From an uncultured Pseudomonadales bacterium (lineage in GTDB: Bacteria > Patescibacteriota > Microgenomatia > UBA1400 > PJMF01): a stretch of DNA of 62,901 nucleotides. The notes under the pieces are model-generated. The model saw only the letters and a list, made by a program, of their open reading frames with translations. It did not search any database and had not been told where the DNA came from. Numbering within the stretch: position 1 is the stretch's first letter; every line of letters begins with the position of its first letter. Shown here piece after piece: positions 52,913-60,493 of this stretch. The DNA lies in the NCBI GenBank assembly GCA_964625685.1, contig CAZVBO010000001.1, positions 1 to 62,901 of the forward strand, read 5' to 3'. The position numbers were made by a program, and so were the translations under genes.

Positions 52913-53272
52913 TTAAGGTATTAATGCTCTCAGTGCAGCTGCAGGCATAAGTAAATTAAACCCAATAATATTTCCGACAATTCCAATAATGCTATAGGCA
53001 GCCACTACAACGACCAATCCAATGACCCCTTGAATCATTTGATTGCGGGCTTTACCAACTTTACCACTATCTCCACCAGCCGTAATCCAAGTCAAGCCTC
53101 CAATTAAGAAATAAACAATAAAGAAAATTCCGCCCAAAATAGTTAAAAAACCAATGATATTAGAAATAAAAGATTCAAGATTGGTTAGAGCCATATCTCC
53201 CGCTTCTGATCCGGCACTGTAAGCTTCAGATGGTGGAGAAAAAGTTCCAAGTGATTCTGCAAGTAATGGCAT
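52913..53272 (-). CDS. T4SS pilin-like protein, paralog 6
   Basis: Core motif WITAGGDSGKVGKARNQMIQGVIGLVVVVAAY. Confidence 0.7.
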   Translation of the reverse strand: MPLLAESLGTFSPPSEAYSAGSEAGDMALTNLESFISNIIGFLTILGGIFFIVYFLIGGLTWITAGGDSGKVGKARNQMIQGVIGLVVVVAAYSIIGIVGNIIGFNLLMPAAALRALIP

Positions 53273-53304
53273 AACAATATTATTTATCGACTAGTTTATA
53301 TTAA

Positions 53305-53952
53305 TTATGGCGTCGTAGTGCTAGTTGGTCCTGAAATATTGGGACTAAGGATATATCCAGCATCTCCAAAGAATAAAAGGCCAACTAGAGCGGTAATAGT
53401 ATAAGCAGCCACAATAATGATTAAGCCAATCACACTCATGGTAATTTTATCTTTCACTTTGCCATAAGCAGAGCTATCCCCACTAGAAGTAATAAAAATA
53501 TAACCCGCCAAAATAATATTAATCATAACCCAGAGGCCGGCTACAATTGTCGCGAGTTTAATTAAATTAGAAATAAAAGGAATGAGTCCAATTCCATTAG
53601 TTCCCTGAGCATTAAATAGAGTAACTCCAGGAGGTGTTTCTATTTGTCCAAAAATGGTGCCATTTAATCTGCCGTCTCGGCAATCATTGACACAGTTCTG
53701 TCTGTCTTGGCCAGTATAAAGAGAACAGGCATCATTACACACATCTACTGATGTTGTACTTATATTGTCATCTAAACAGGTCTGATAACAACTGTCTCGT
53801 TGGGCGGTAGTAAAATAGGGAACAGAGTAACAAGTATCATGGCATTCATCTGCAACACTTTGGGCTTGAATTTGAGATGGAGTAAGTAGCCAGCTACTCA
53901 GTATGGTGACTAAACTAAAAACGGAAAGTAAGATTTTAGTAAAACGGTTCAT
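53305..53952 (-). CDS. T4SS pilin-like protein, paralog 7, with two N-terminal twin-CX3C modules
   Basis: Signal peptide ending IQAQ, then CHDTC-x13-CYQTC and CNDAC-x10-CVNDC. Core motif ITSSGDSSAYGKVKDKITMSVIGLIIIVAAY. Confidence 0.65.
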   Translation of the reverse strand: MNRFTKILLSVFSLVTILSSWLLTPSQIQAQSVADECHDTCYSVPYFTTAQRDSCYQTCLDDNISTTSVDVCNDACSLYTGQDRQNCVNDCRDGRLNGTIFGQIETPPGVTLFNAQGTNGIGLIPFISNLIKLATIVAGLWVMINIILAGYIFITSSGDSSAYGKVKDKITMSVIGLIIIVAAYTITALVGLLFFGDAGYILSPNISGPTSTTTP

Positions 53953-53978
53953 ATGACTTGACCACTATTGTATCATTT

Positions 53979-54329
53979 TTAAAAGCCGAGTGACATGCCG
54001 GTTAAAATTTGTAAAATTTGGATTACCCAATACGCAGCAAACATAATAATGAAACCAATGATAGCTGTAGTCAGAATTGACGTTGCCTCGTCCTTGCCTT
54101 TTGTTCCTTGGGAAATAAATTTGAAACCAGCAAACATAATCATAAAAAACAAAATGATTCCGGCAAAAACAAACAAGTTACGAACTAAGGTATTCACTAA
54201 AATGGAAGGAGTGCTATAAACCTCACCCAAACTTTGGCCATTGCCTAGATCAATACAATCACCCAAATTGACATTGGGTCGGGTTGGGTCACACTGTGCA
54301 TAAGCTTGTGGAATAAAGTTTAAACTCAT
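53979..54329 (-). CDS. T4SS pilin-like protein, paralog 8 (divergent)
   Basis: Start taken at the ATG at 54329 (MSLNFIPQAYAQ...); the longer ORF to 54440 would overlap the sigma gene. Core motif ISQGTKGKDEATSILTTAIIGFIIMFAAY. Confidence 0.55.
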   Translation of the reverse strand: MSLNFIPQAYAQCDPTRPNVNLGDCIDLGNGQSLGEVYSTPSILVNTLVRNLFVFAGIILFFMIMFAGFKFISQGTKGKDEATSILTTAIIGFIIMFAAYWVIQILQILTGMSLGF

Positions 54330-54406
54330 ACGCCTGATATTATAGTCGAAAAAGTGATTTTGAGGAAAGAGCAAAAAAAATGATGAGTTGTGTTGCAGAA
54401 TTAGGG

Positions 54407-54412
54407 TATACT
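54407..54412 (+). promoter_or_regulatory. -10 hexamer TATACT 10 nt upstream of the ATG of the ECF sigma gene
   Basis: The plus strand reads TATACT tagagttagt ATG, with no SD. Confidence 0.3.
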
Positions 54413-54422
54413 TAGAGTTAGT

Positions 54423-54950
54423 ATGATTGATGATCAGCAATTATTACTTCAACTCAAACAAGGTGACCCTCATGCGGTTGAATTGTGGTTTAAGCTGTAC
54501 CATAAAAAATTGCTAAAGCTTATTTTGATGAAGGTATCAATTAAAAAAGATGCCGAAGAGATTGCTCAAGACACTTTTATGAGCTGTTTAAAACATTTAC
54601 CATTATTTCGAGGAGAATCGGCTATTTGGACCTGGATGGTGAAGATCTCACAACATGAAGTAGCTGACTATTATCGAAAGCGATATGCCAAGAAAGCAAT
54701 TCACGCTTTATCTTTAGATGAGTTTTTACTCAGTACCAAGATTGATAATGCCCATGATACTTCTGAAAAAGTCAAACTGGCTTTGTCTAAAATGAGTCAA
54801 GAGTATCGTGAAATTTTATTGATGAAATATGTAGACAATAAAAAAGTTAAAGAAATTGCGGCTATTTTAGGTAGAACTATTAAGGCTGTGGAGTCTGATT
54901 TGTTTCGAGCTCGGGTGGAATTCAAGGAAATATATTTAGCTTTGGAGTAA
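54423..54950 (+). CDS. ECF-type (sigma-70 family, group 4) RNA polymerase sigma factor
   Basis: 175-aa ORF with region 2 (…AEEIAQDTFMSCLKHL…) and region 4 (EYREILLMKYVDNKKVKEIAAILGRTIKAVESDLFRAR). Confidence 0.75.
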   Translation: MIDDQQLLLQLKQGDPHAVELWFKLYHKKLLKLILMKVSIKKDAEEIAQDTFMSCLKHLPLFRGESAIWTWMVKISQHEVADYYRKRYAKKAIHALSLDEFLLSTKIDNAHDTSEKVKLALSKMSQEYREILLMKYVDNKKVKEIAAILGRTIKAVESDLFRARVEFKEIYLALE

Positions 54951-54953
54951 TGA

Positions 54954-55130
54954 ATGTCAAATCAATTTTTTTTAGAGCAACTTCAATCTCAAGCTCAAAA
55001 GCAAGCTGTTTTGCATGAAAAACGGATTCTTCCCCGACAATTGGATAATATAACTTCTTTTATTGGCAATTATCCTTGGCAGGTGATTGGAGTACTATCA
55101 TTTATCACAGCACTCACAATCAGCTTTTAA
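54954..55130 (+). CDS. 58-aa single-pass membrane protein, candidate minimal anti-sigma factor (below the ORF-track cutoff)
   Basis: Hand translation gives MSNQFFLEQLQSQAQKQAVLHEKRILPRQLDNITSFIGNYPWQVIGVLSFITALTISF. The ATG lies 4 nt after the sigma stop, and there is a C-terminal TM helix. Confidence 0.4.
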   Translation: MSNQFFLEQLQSQAQKQAVLHEKRILPRQLDNITSFIGNYPWQVIGVLSFITALTISF

Positions 55131-55154
55131 GTCAAGATCGAAGGTATTGGGACT

Positions 55155-55487
55155 GTGACTAAGACACCTATTTTGTCGATCATCTATTCTACAGGCCAAA
55201 TAACTTTAGGTTTACTGCTTCACCCTTATCAAACGATGCAGATGTTGGTGGAAGATAAAGTGTTCGTCTGGATGTCATTATTACCCACCTTAGTTTTAGC
55301 TATCGTTACTGTTCTCTGGAAGTTTGTGATTGTACCGGTGGTCCGATTAGTATTTTCCTGTTCAACTACTCAGTTTGCGGGATGCCATTATTTAGTTTTT
55401 GGTTCCAATTGGATTACCTTTTTTTGTATTTACTGGCAGATACTATTGTTGTATTTATTATTTCGATTTAAAAAGGTGTGGGGGTAG
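55155..55487 (+). CDS. Hypothetical 3-TM membrane protein (GTG start)
   Basis: 110-aa ORF between the sigma module and idi. It is hydrophobic and has no known motif. Confidence 0.45.
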   Translation: MTKTPILSIIYSTGQITLGLLLHPYQTMQMLVEDKVFVWMSLLPTLVLAIVTVLWKFVIVPVVRLVFSCSTTQFAGCHYLVFGSNWITFFCIYWQILLLYLLFRFKKVWG

Positions 55488-55490
55488 AGA

Positions 55491-56144
55491 GTGAAATATT
55501 CTTTTGGTTCGAAAAAAGTAGTATTAGTTGATGAAGACGATCAGCTGATTGGTGAAATGCCGGTTTTAGAGGCTCATCAATCACCTTTTTTTCGACACCG
55601 GGCAATTTCAGTTTGGCTAGTTCGGCAAAATGAACAAGGTAATCTGGAAATCTTACACCAACAACGAAGTCCTCAAAAGTTGGGTGGAGGATGGTGGGCG
55701 AATGGAGTCTGTGGTAACGTTAAGCCAGGAGAAACGTATACTGAGTGTGCTGAAAGACGACTCAGAGAAGAACTAAATGTAAAGGAAGTGAGTTTGCAAC
55801 CACTTTATAAATTTGAGTATCAAACGTACTGTAATGAAATTTACAGCGAACATGAAATGGATCAAGTTTTTATAACGGAATATAGGGAAGACATAGTGCC
55901 CAACCAACAAGAAGTTTCTCAAGTAAAATGGATTTCTCTAACTGAATTTCATAAGTTTTACCAACAATATCAAACCGAAATAATGTCGGCCACAGAGACA
56001 TTGAATTATTCCATGATGGAGTTAATGGGTTGTACTCCCTCACTTCCTTTGGAATATAAAAGTTCTGTTCTCTGGATAGCGCCTTGGACTTTGGTCATGT
56101 TAAAAGAGAGTCAACTGTGGCAAGCTTTTGAGCAGTTTGCATGA
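55491..56144 (+). CDS. idi: Isopentenyl-diphosphate delta-isomerase, type 1 (Nudix fold), paralog A with a C-terminal extension
   Basis: 217-aa ORF (GTG start) with RHRAISVWL…HQQRSPQK…WWANGVCGNVKPGETYTECAERRLREELN. Confidence 0.75.
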   Translation: MKYSFGSKKVVLVDEDDQLIGEMPVLEAHQSPFFRHRAISVWLVRQNEQGNLEILHQQRSPQKLGGGWWANGVCGNVKPGETYTECAERRLREELNVKEVSLQPLYKFEYQTYCNEIYSEHEMDQVFITEYREDIVPNQQEVSQVKWISLTEFHKFYQQYQTEIMSATETLNYSMMELMGCTPSLPLEYKSSVLWIAPWTLVMLKESQLWQAFEQFA

Positions 56145-56176
56145 AACTTGATTGTGGTCACGACTAATACTATGTT

Positions 56177-57346
56177 ATGACCAGATCTTCTTTTCGATTT
56201 GCAACCGAACCAACTGAAATAGCTCGCATTAAAAAACGCCAAGAATTATTGAGTTCACTGAGAAGTTCTTCCACAAGCCATCTGTCTGCTTTTCATTTTG
56301 ATGGTGAAAAAGCAGGAACGAAAAATTGTGAGAATTTGATAGGCAGTGTAGAAGTTCCAGTAGGTGTTGCCGGTCCAGTCTCTCTTCAATCAACGCTTTT
56401 TGAATCAAATGAGGTTATCCTGATTCCCCTGGCTACCTCAGAAGGGGCTTTGGTAGCGAGTGTGAATCGTGGCTGTAAAGTACTTGATCTTGCTGGTGGG
56501 GCCACTACCTTTTCCCGTCGAATTGGGATGACTAGAGCTCCTGTTTTTCAGTTAGCTGATGGGTCTTTAGCCACGAAGTTTATGGAGTGGTTGGATCAAC
56601 AATTTGAAAAGATCAAAAAAGTGACAGAAAGTACGAGTCATCATCTGAGTCTAGAGTCTTATCAAAGTTGGCAGAGGGGTCGAAAGGTATACACTCGGTT
56701 TGTTTTTCATACTGATGAGGCCATGGGGATGAATATGGTGACCATAGCTTTAGATACAGTCTGGCGAAAACTCATTTCTCAATTTCAGGGTGTTGAACTT
56801 ATTTCGTTATCCAGTAATGTGTGTGCCGACAAAAAAGATTCAGTGATCAATCGCTTGTTAGGAAGAGGCTATTGGTCTCAAGCTGAAGTTTTTTTGTCAG
56901 AAAAAATTATTAATCAGCAATTATCAGTTGAAAGTGAGCGGTTGGTGGCAGTTCATCAGGCCAAAAATTTAGTTGGCTCTAATTTAGCGGGTTCATTTTC
57001 TCAGAATATGCAACATGCCAATGTTATTGCTGCTTTGTTTTTGGCGACTGGTCAGGATATGGCTCATGTGATTGAAGGAAGTCAGGGCAGTACTACGATT
57101 GAAAAAACTGCTGATGGAGTTTACTGTGCAGTCACTTTACCCAATCTTAATTTGGGAACAGTGGGTGGTGGTACTTGGCTAGAAAGTCAGTCAGAGGCCA
57201 GGGATATTATTAGAGAAAATGGAAAAATTACAGCCCAACAACTTAGTGAAGTTATGGCGGTAGCCTGTTTGGCTGGAGAAATTTCCGGATTGGCGGCACT
57301 GTCAAATAATACTCTGGCTTCAGCTCATGGGAGATTGGCGCGATGA
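56177..57346 (+). CDS. hmgA: HMG-CoA reductase, class I (soluble archaeal-type)
   Basis: 389-aa ORF with ENLIGSVEVPVGVAGP, TDEAMGMNMV (class-I DAMGMN motif) and GTVGGGT. Confidence 0.85.
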   Translation: MTRSSFRFATEPTEIARIKKRQELLSSLRSSSTSHLSAFHFDGEKAGTKNCENLIGSVEVPVGVAGPVSLQSTLFESNEVILIPLATSEGALVASVNRGCKVLDLAGGATTFSRRIGMTRAPVFQLADGSLATKFMEWLDQQFEKIKKVTESTSHHLSLESYQSWQRGRKVYTRFVFHTDEAMGMNMVTIALDTVWRKLISQFQGVELISLSSNVCADKKDSVINRLLGRGYWSQAEVFLSEKIINQQLSVESERLVAVHQAKNLVGSNLAGSFSQNMQHANVIAALFLATGQDMAHVIEGSQGSTTIEKTADGVYCAVTLPNLNLGTVGGGTWLESQSEARDIIRENGKITAQQLSEVMAVACLAGEISGLAALSNNTLASAHGRLAR

Positions 57347-58425
57347 AATTTAAGACTCCCAGTGGTATTGTGGCTTTTGGTTCAGCCATTCCGTCTTTGG
57401 CGATTCAAGTTACTGAAATTGAACAAGCTCAAGGCCAGCCCAAGGCTGGTCCGCCTCGGGCGGAAAAAGTTGGAGGTCAAGTAGGTCCAGCTTTAGGGGT
57501 AGCACAGAAGACTGTGCCTGACATTGATCAAGATGCGGTGACTTTATCAACTGATGCATTAGCCCAAGCTTTAGAAAGACTGCCCCAAAAGAAGGAAAGT
57601 ATTGGGGCTTTATTTATTGGCAGCGAAAGCCACCCTTACGCGGTTAAACCGAGTGGTACGATGGTGGCTCAAGCCTTAGGTTTATCGCCTCACCTAGCAC
57701 TGGCTGATCTACAATTTGCCTGTAAAGCGGGAACTCAGGCGATTCAAATCGGATTGGCCTATGTGCAATCGGGGATGGCCAAATTGGCAGTAGGCATTGG
57801 CGCGGATACCGCCCAATCTCGACCAGGTGATGCCTTGGAATTTACGGCTGGGGCTGGTGGAGCTGCTTTTGTAATTGGTCAAGACAAAATTTTAGCGACA
57901 GTTTTAGCCACGACGTCGTATGCCACAGACACTCCCGATTTTTGGAGAAGGCCCGGTGAGGCTTATCCTCAACACGCAGGAAGATTTACGGGGGAGCCAG
58001 CCTATTTTGAACATATTATTCATGCCACACAAAATCTTTTAACTGAAGTAAAGTTAGAACCCACTGAAATTGATTACTGTGTGTTTCATACGCCCAATGG
58101 TAAGTTCCCCAAAGCGGTAGCTCACCAATTGGGTTTTACTCCTGATCAGCTTCAGCACTCTCTAGTTGTGGAACAGATTGGAAATACGTATTCGGCTGGT
58201 TCGTTGATGGCTTTAGTGAATGTTTTGGAAACCGTGGAAGCTCATCAAAAAATCTTAGTTACTTCTTATGGCTCTGGATCAGGAGCAGATAGCTTTTTGT
58301 TGGAAACCACTGATCTATTAGTTCAATCTCGAAAAACCTGGTCTAGCTTTTTGAAAGATCAAATAGCCCAGTTGCAATTAGTCACATATCAGCATTATTT
58401 ACAAAATACCAGCGGAGGTCACTAA
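57343..58425 (+). CDS. HMG-CoA synthase, archaeal-type
   Basis: 360-aa ORF with GSESHPYAVKPSG, the catalytic-Cys context LQFACKAGT and HTPNGKFP. It overlaps the hmgA stop by 4 nt. Confidence 0.8.
   Translation: MKFKTPSGIVAFGSAIPSLAIQVTEIEQAQGQPKAGPPRAEKVGGQVGPALGVAQKTVPDIDQDAVTLSTDALAQALERLPQKKESIGALFIGSESHPYAVKPSGTMVAQALGLSPHLALADLQFACKAGTQAIQIGLAYVQSGMAKLAVGIGADTAQSRPGDALEFTAGAGGAAFVIGQDKILATVLATTSYATDTPDFWRRPGEAYPQHAGRFTGEPAYFEHIIHATQNLLTEVKLEPTEIDYCVFHTPNGKFPKAVAHQLGFTPDQLQHSLVVEQIGNTYSAGSLMALVNVLETVEAHQKILVTSYGSGSGADSFLLETTDLLVQSRKTWSSFLKDQIAQLQLVTYQHYLQNTSGGH
57436..57465 (+). repeat. 30-nt GC-rich double mini-hairpin inserted in-frame in the HMG-CoA synthase gene (encodes QPKAGPPRAE)
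   Basis: CAGCCCAAGGCTGGTCCGCCTCGGGCGGAA contains the hairpins CCAGCC-caa-GGCTGG and CCGCC-tc-GGGCGG. It is related to 9305-9354 and 5820-5848 and contrasts strongly in GC with its flanks. Confidence 0.6.
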
Positions 58426-59543
58426 TGCAGATTTCCATTCTTGGCTCCGCGATTACTCAATTCGGAGAACTGTGGGACAGAAGTTTGGCAGATTTACTGA
58501 CAGAGGCAAGTTTAGGGGCTGTGAAAGATGCCCGAATAGAACCATCAAAGATCGAAGCTATTTTTGTAGCTAATAAAGCTGGGAGTAATTTTGAAAATCA
58601 AATGCATTTGGGAGCGATGGTGAGTCAACTCTTTGACCATTTTCCACCAGCAGTCCGAATTGAAGGGGCGTGTGCCTCGGGTGGATTGGCAGTATTAGCA
58701 GCTGAGCAAGCTTTACTGAGTGGAATGTACAAAACTGTACTAGTGGTGGGGGCGGAAAAGATGACTGATGTGAGTGCCGCTGAAACCACCCAAATTTTGT
58801 CAGCGGCGGCTAATGTGAGTCAGGAAGTGGGAAGCACTTTTCCCGGACTATATGCTTTGTTTGCTCAACGACAAATATATGAATTTGGTTTGTCTCGAGA
58901 TCAACTGTCAGCTGTAGCTGTTAAAAACCATCGTCATGCTATGGCCAACCCTTATGCTCAGTACCATAAAGAATTTACCTTAGCTCAGGTGAACCAAAGT
59001 TCTCTGGTAGCAGATCCTTTACGTTTGCTAGATTGTTCTCCTATTACTGATGGGGCAGCCGCAGTAGTTTTGACTTCCAAAATGGTTAAAGGCAAACCTA
59101 AAGTTCTTGGTTTTGGTCAAGGACAAGATAGTTTGGATGTAGCTCATCGCCAAAGTCTAGTGGGACTACCAGCGACTGAGCGAGCGATGAAGTTAGCTTT
59201 AGCTCGCTCACAAGTTTCAATCGATCAAATTGAAGCGGCGGAAGTCCATGATTGCTTTACCATTGCCGAAATTATGGCTATCGAAGATTTGGGATTTTTT
59301 GAAAAAGGAAAAGGTGGTCGGGCTACACTGGATCAACAAACAACTCATGATGGAAAAGTCGTAATTAATCCGTCAGGTGGTTTGAAAGCTTGTGGGCATC
59401 CTGTTGGTGCTACTGGTGTGAAGCAAATTGCCTATTTGGCTCAAGCTTTAGAAAAAAATGAATACCAAACGGTTTTAGCCCATAACATCGGGGGTAGTGG
59501 AGCGACGGCAGTGATACATATTTTAGCAAAGAAGGAAAAGTAA
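58425..59543 (+). CDS. Acetyl-CoA acetyltransferase (archaeal/SCP-x-type thiolase)
   Basis: 372-aa ORF with the active-site context RIEGACASGG and the C-terminal motifs EVHDCFTI and NPSGGLKACGHPVGATG. Confidence 0.8.
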   Translation: MQISILGSAITQFGELWDRSLADLLTEASLGAVKDARIEPSKIEAIFVANKAGSNFENQMHLGAMVSQLFDHFPPAVRIEGACASGGLAVLAAEQALLSGMYKTVLVVGAEKMTDVSAAETTQILSAAANVSQEVGSTFPGLYALFAQRQIYEFGLSRDQLSAVAVKNHRHAMANPYAQYHKEFTLAQVNQSSLVADPLRLLDCSPITDGAAAVVLTSKMVKGKPKVLGFGQGQDSLDVAHRQSLVGLPATERAMKLALARSQVSIDQIEAAEVHDCFTIAEIMAIEDLGFFEKGKGGRATLDQQTTHDGKVVINPSGGLKACGHPVGATGVKQIAYLAQALEKNEYQTVLAHNIGGSGATAVIHILAKKEK

Positions 59544-59545
59544 CT

Positions 59546-59839
59546 ATGTCACATCCTGCATATTATTGGCGACAAAATAAAGAGTGGTCGAAATGGTTGG
59601 GTAAAACTGGAGTGGTGGTGAGTGCAACCATGATTCGGGTAAGTGAGGCTTCGCGTGAAAGTATGACTCCTTATAGTTATGCTATTGTTGATTTTGATGG
59701 AGAAAAACATGAATTTATGGGAGAAACTAACGTAGAATTACAGATTGGTGATAAAGTGAAATGCGTTTTAAGAAAAATGGCCGTAGCTGAAAAGAGTGGA
59801 TTGGTTGAGTATGGGATCAAGGTTAAGATTCAAAGTTGA
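59546..59839 (+). CDS. DUF35-type OB-fold protein (thiolase/HMGCS scaffold homologue) lacking the zinc ribbon
   Basis: 97-aa ORF directly after the thiolase. It has an OB-fold-like pattern (GKTGVVVSATMIRV…YSYAIVDFDGEK…IGDKVKCVL) and no Cys pairs. Confidence 0.55.
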   Translation: MSHPAYYWRQNKEWSKWLGKTGVVVSATMIRVSEASRESMTPYSYAIVDFDGEKHEFMGETNVELQIGDKVKCVLRKMAVAEKSGLVEYGIKVKIQS

Positions 59840-59921
59840 AAAATTGCAGATAAGAAAATGTGACAGTAAAGAAAAAAGAGGAGTTTGCATGATTTTTTAA
59901 AAGGAATCCGACTAAATACAT

Positions 59922-60488
59922 ATGACATCAATGAATGACAAAGTTACTTTGGTAAACGAACAAGACGAAGTTATTGGTGAAATGGATAAGGTTGAAGCTC
60001 ATCGAGGTGAGGGGAAGTTGCACCGAGCGATCTCAGTCTATCTCTTTGAAAAAAGGGAAAATCGAGTAAATCTATTAATTCAGCAACGCAGTTCTCAAAA
60101 GATTGTGGGGGCTCACCAGTGGGCTAATACTGTGTGTGGCAATGTTAGGCCAGATGAAACCTATGAGGCTTGTGCGTATCGTCGACTAGCAGAAGAATTA
60201 GGAATTACTACAGCAAAAATTTCACCTCTTTATAAATTTCAATATTTTGTTCGGTGTAATGATGAATTCAGTGAAAATGAGATAGATCAAGTATTTGTGG
60301 GTTGGTGGAATAAAGACACCTCCTTTGTTCCTAATCCTGCTGAAGTCCAATCAACTCAGTGGGTAGAATGGCAGAGTGACCAGACTCTCCCCATTGTGGC
60401 TTCTCTTTCTTTAGCTCCATGGTTTGCACTTATGCTTCAGGATAGTGAACTTATTTCAAAAATTAATCAGTTTCTTCAAGATACCTAA
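59922..60488 (+). CDS. idi: Isopentenyl-diphosphate delta-isomerase, type 1, paralog B
   Basis: 188-aa ORF with LHRAISVYLF…QQRSSQKIVGAHQWANTVCGNVRPDETYEACAYRRLAEELG. Confidence 0.75.
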   Translation: MTSMNDKVTLVNEQDEVIGEMDKVEAHRGEGKLHRAISVYLFEKRENRVNLLIQQRSSQKIVGAHQWANTVCGNVRPDETYEACAYRRLAEELGITTAKISPLYKFQYFVRCNDEFSENEIDQVFVGWWNKDTSFVPNPAEVQSTQWVEWQSDQTLPIVASLSLAPWFALMLQDSELISKINQFLQDT

Positions 60489-60493
60489 TTGTT

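Noticed and set aside
24841-54329. Integrative conjugative element or plasmid-derived island
   Set aside because: No relaxase, coupling protein, integrase, replication gene or flanking direct repeats are visible. The locus uses the same leaderless promoter style and the same repeat family as the core genome. This cannot be fully excluded without the whole genome.
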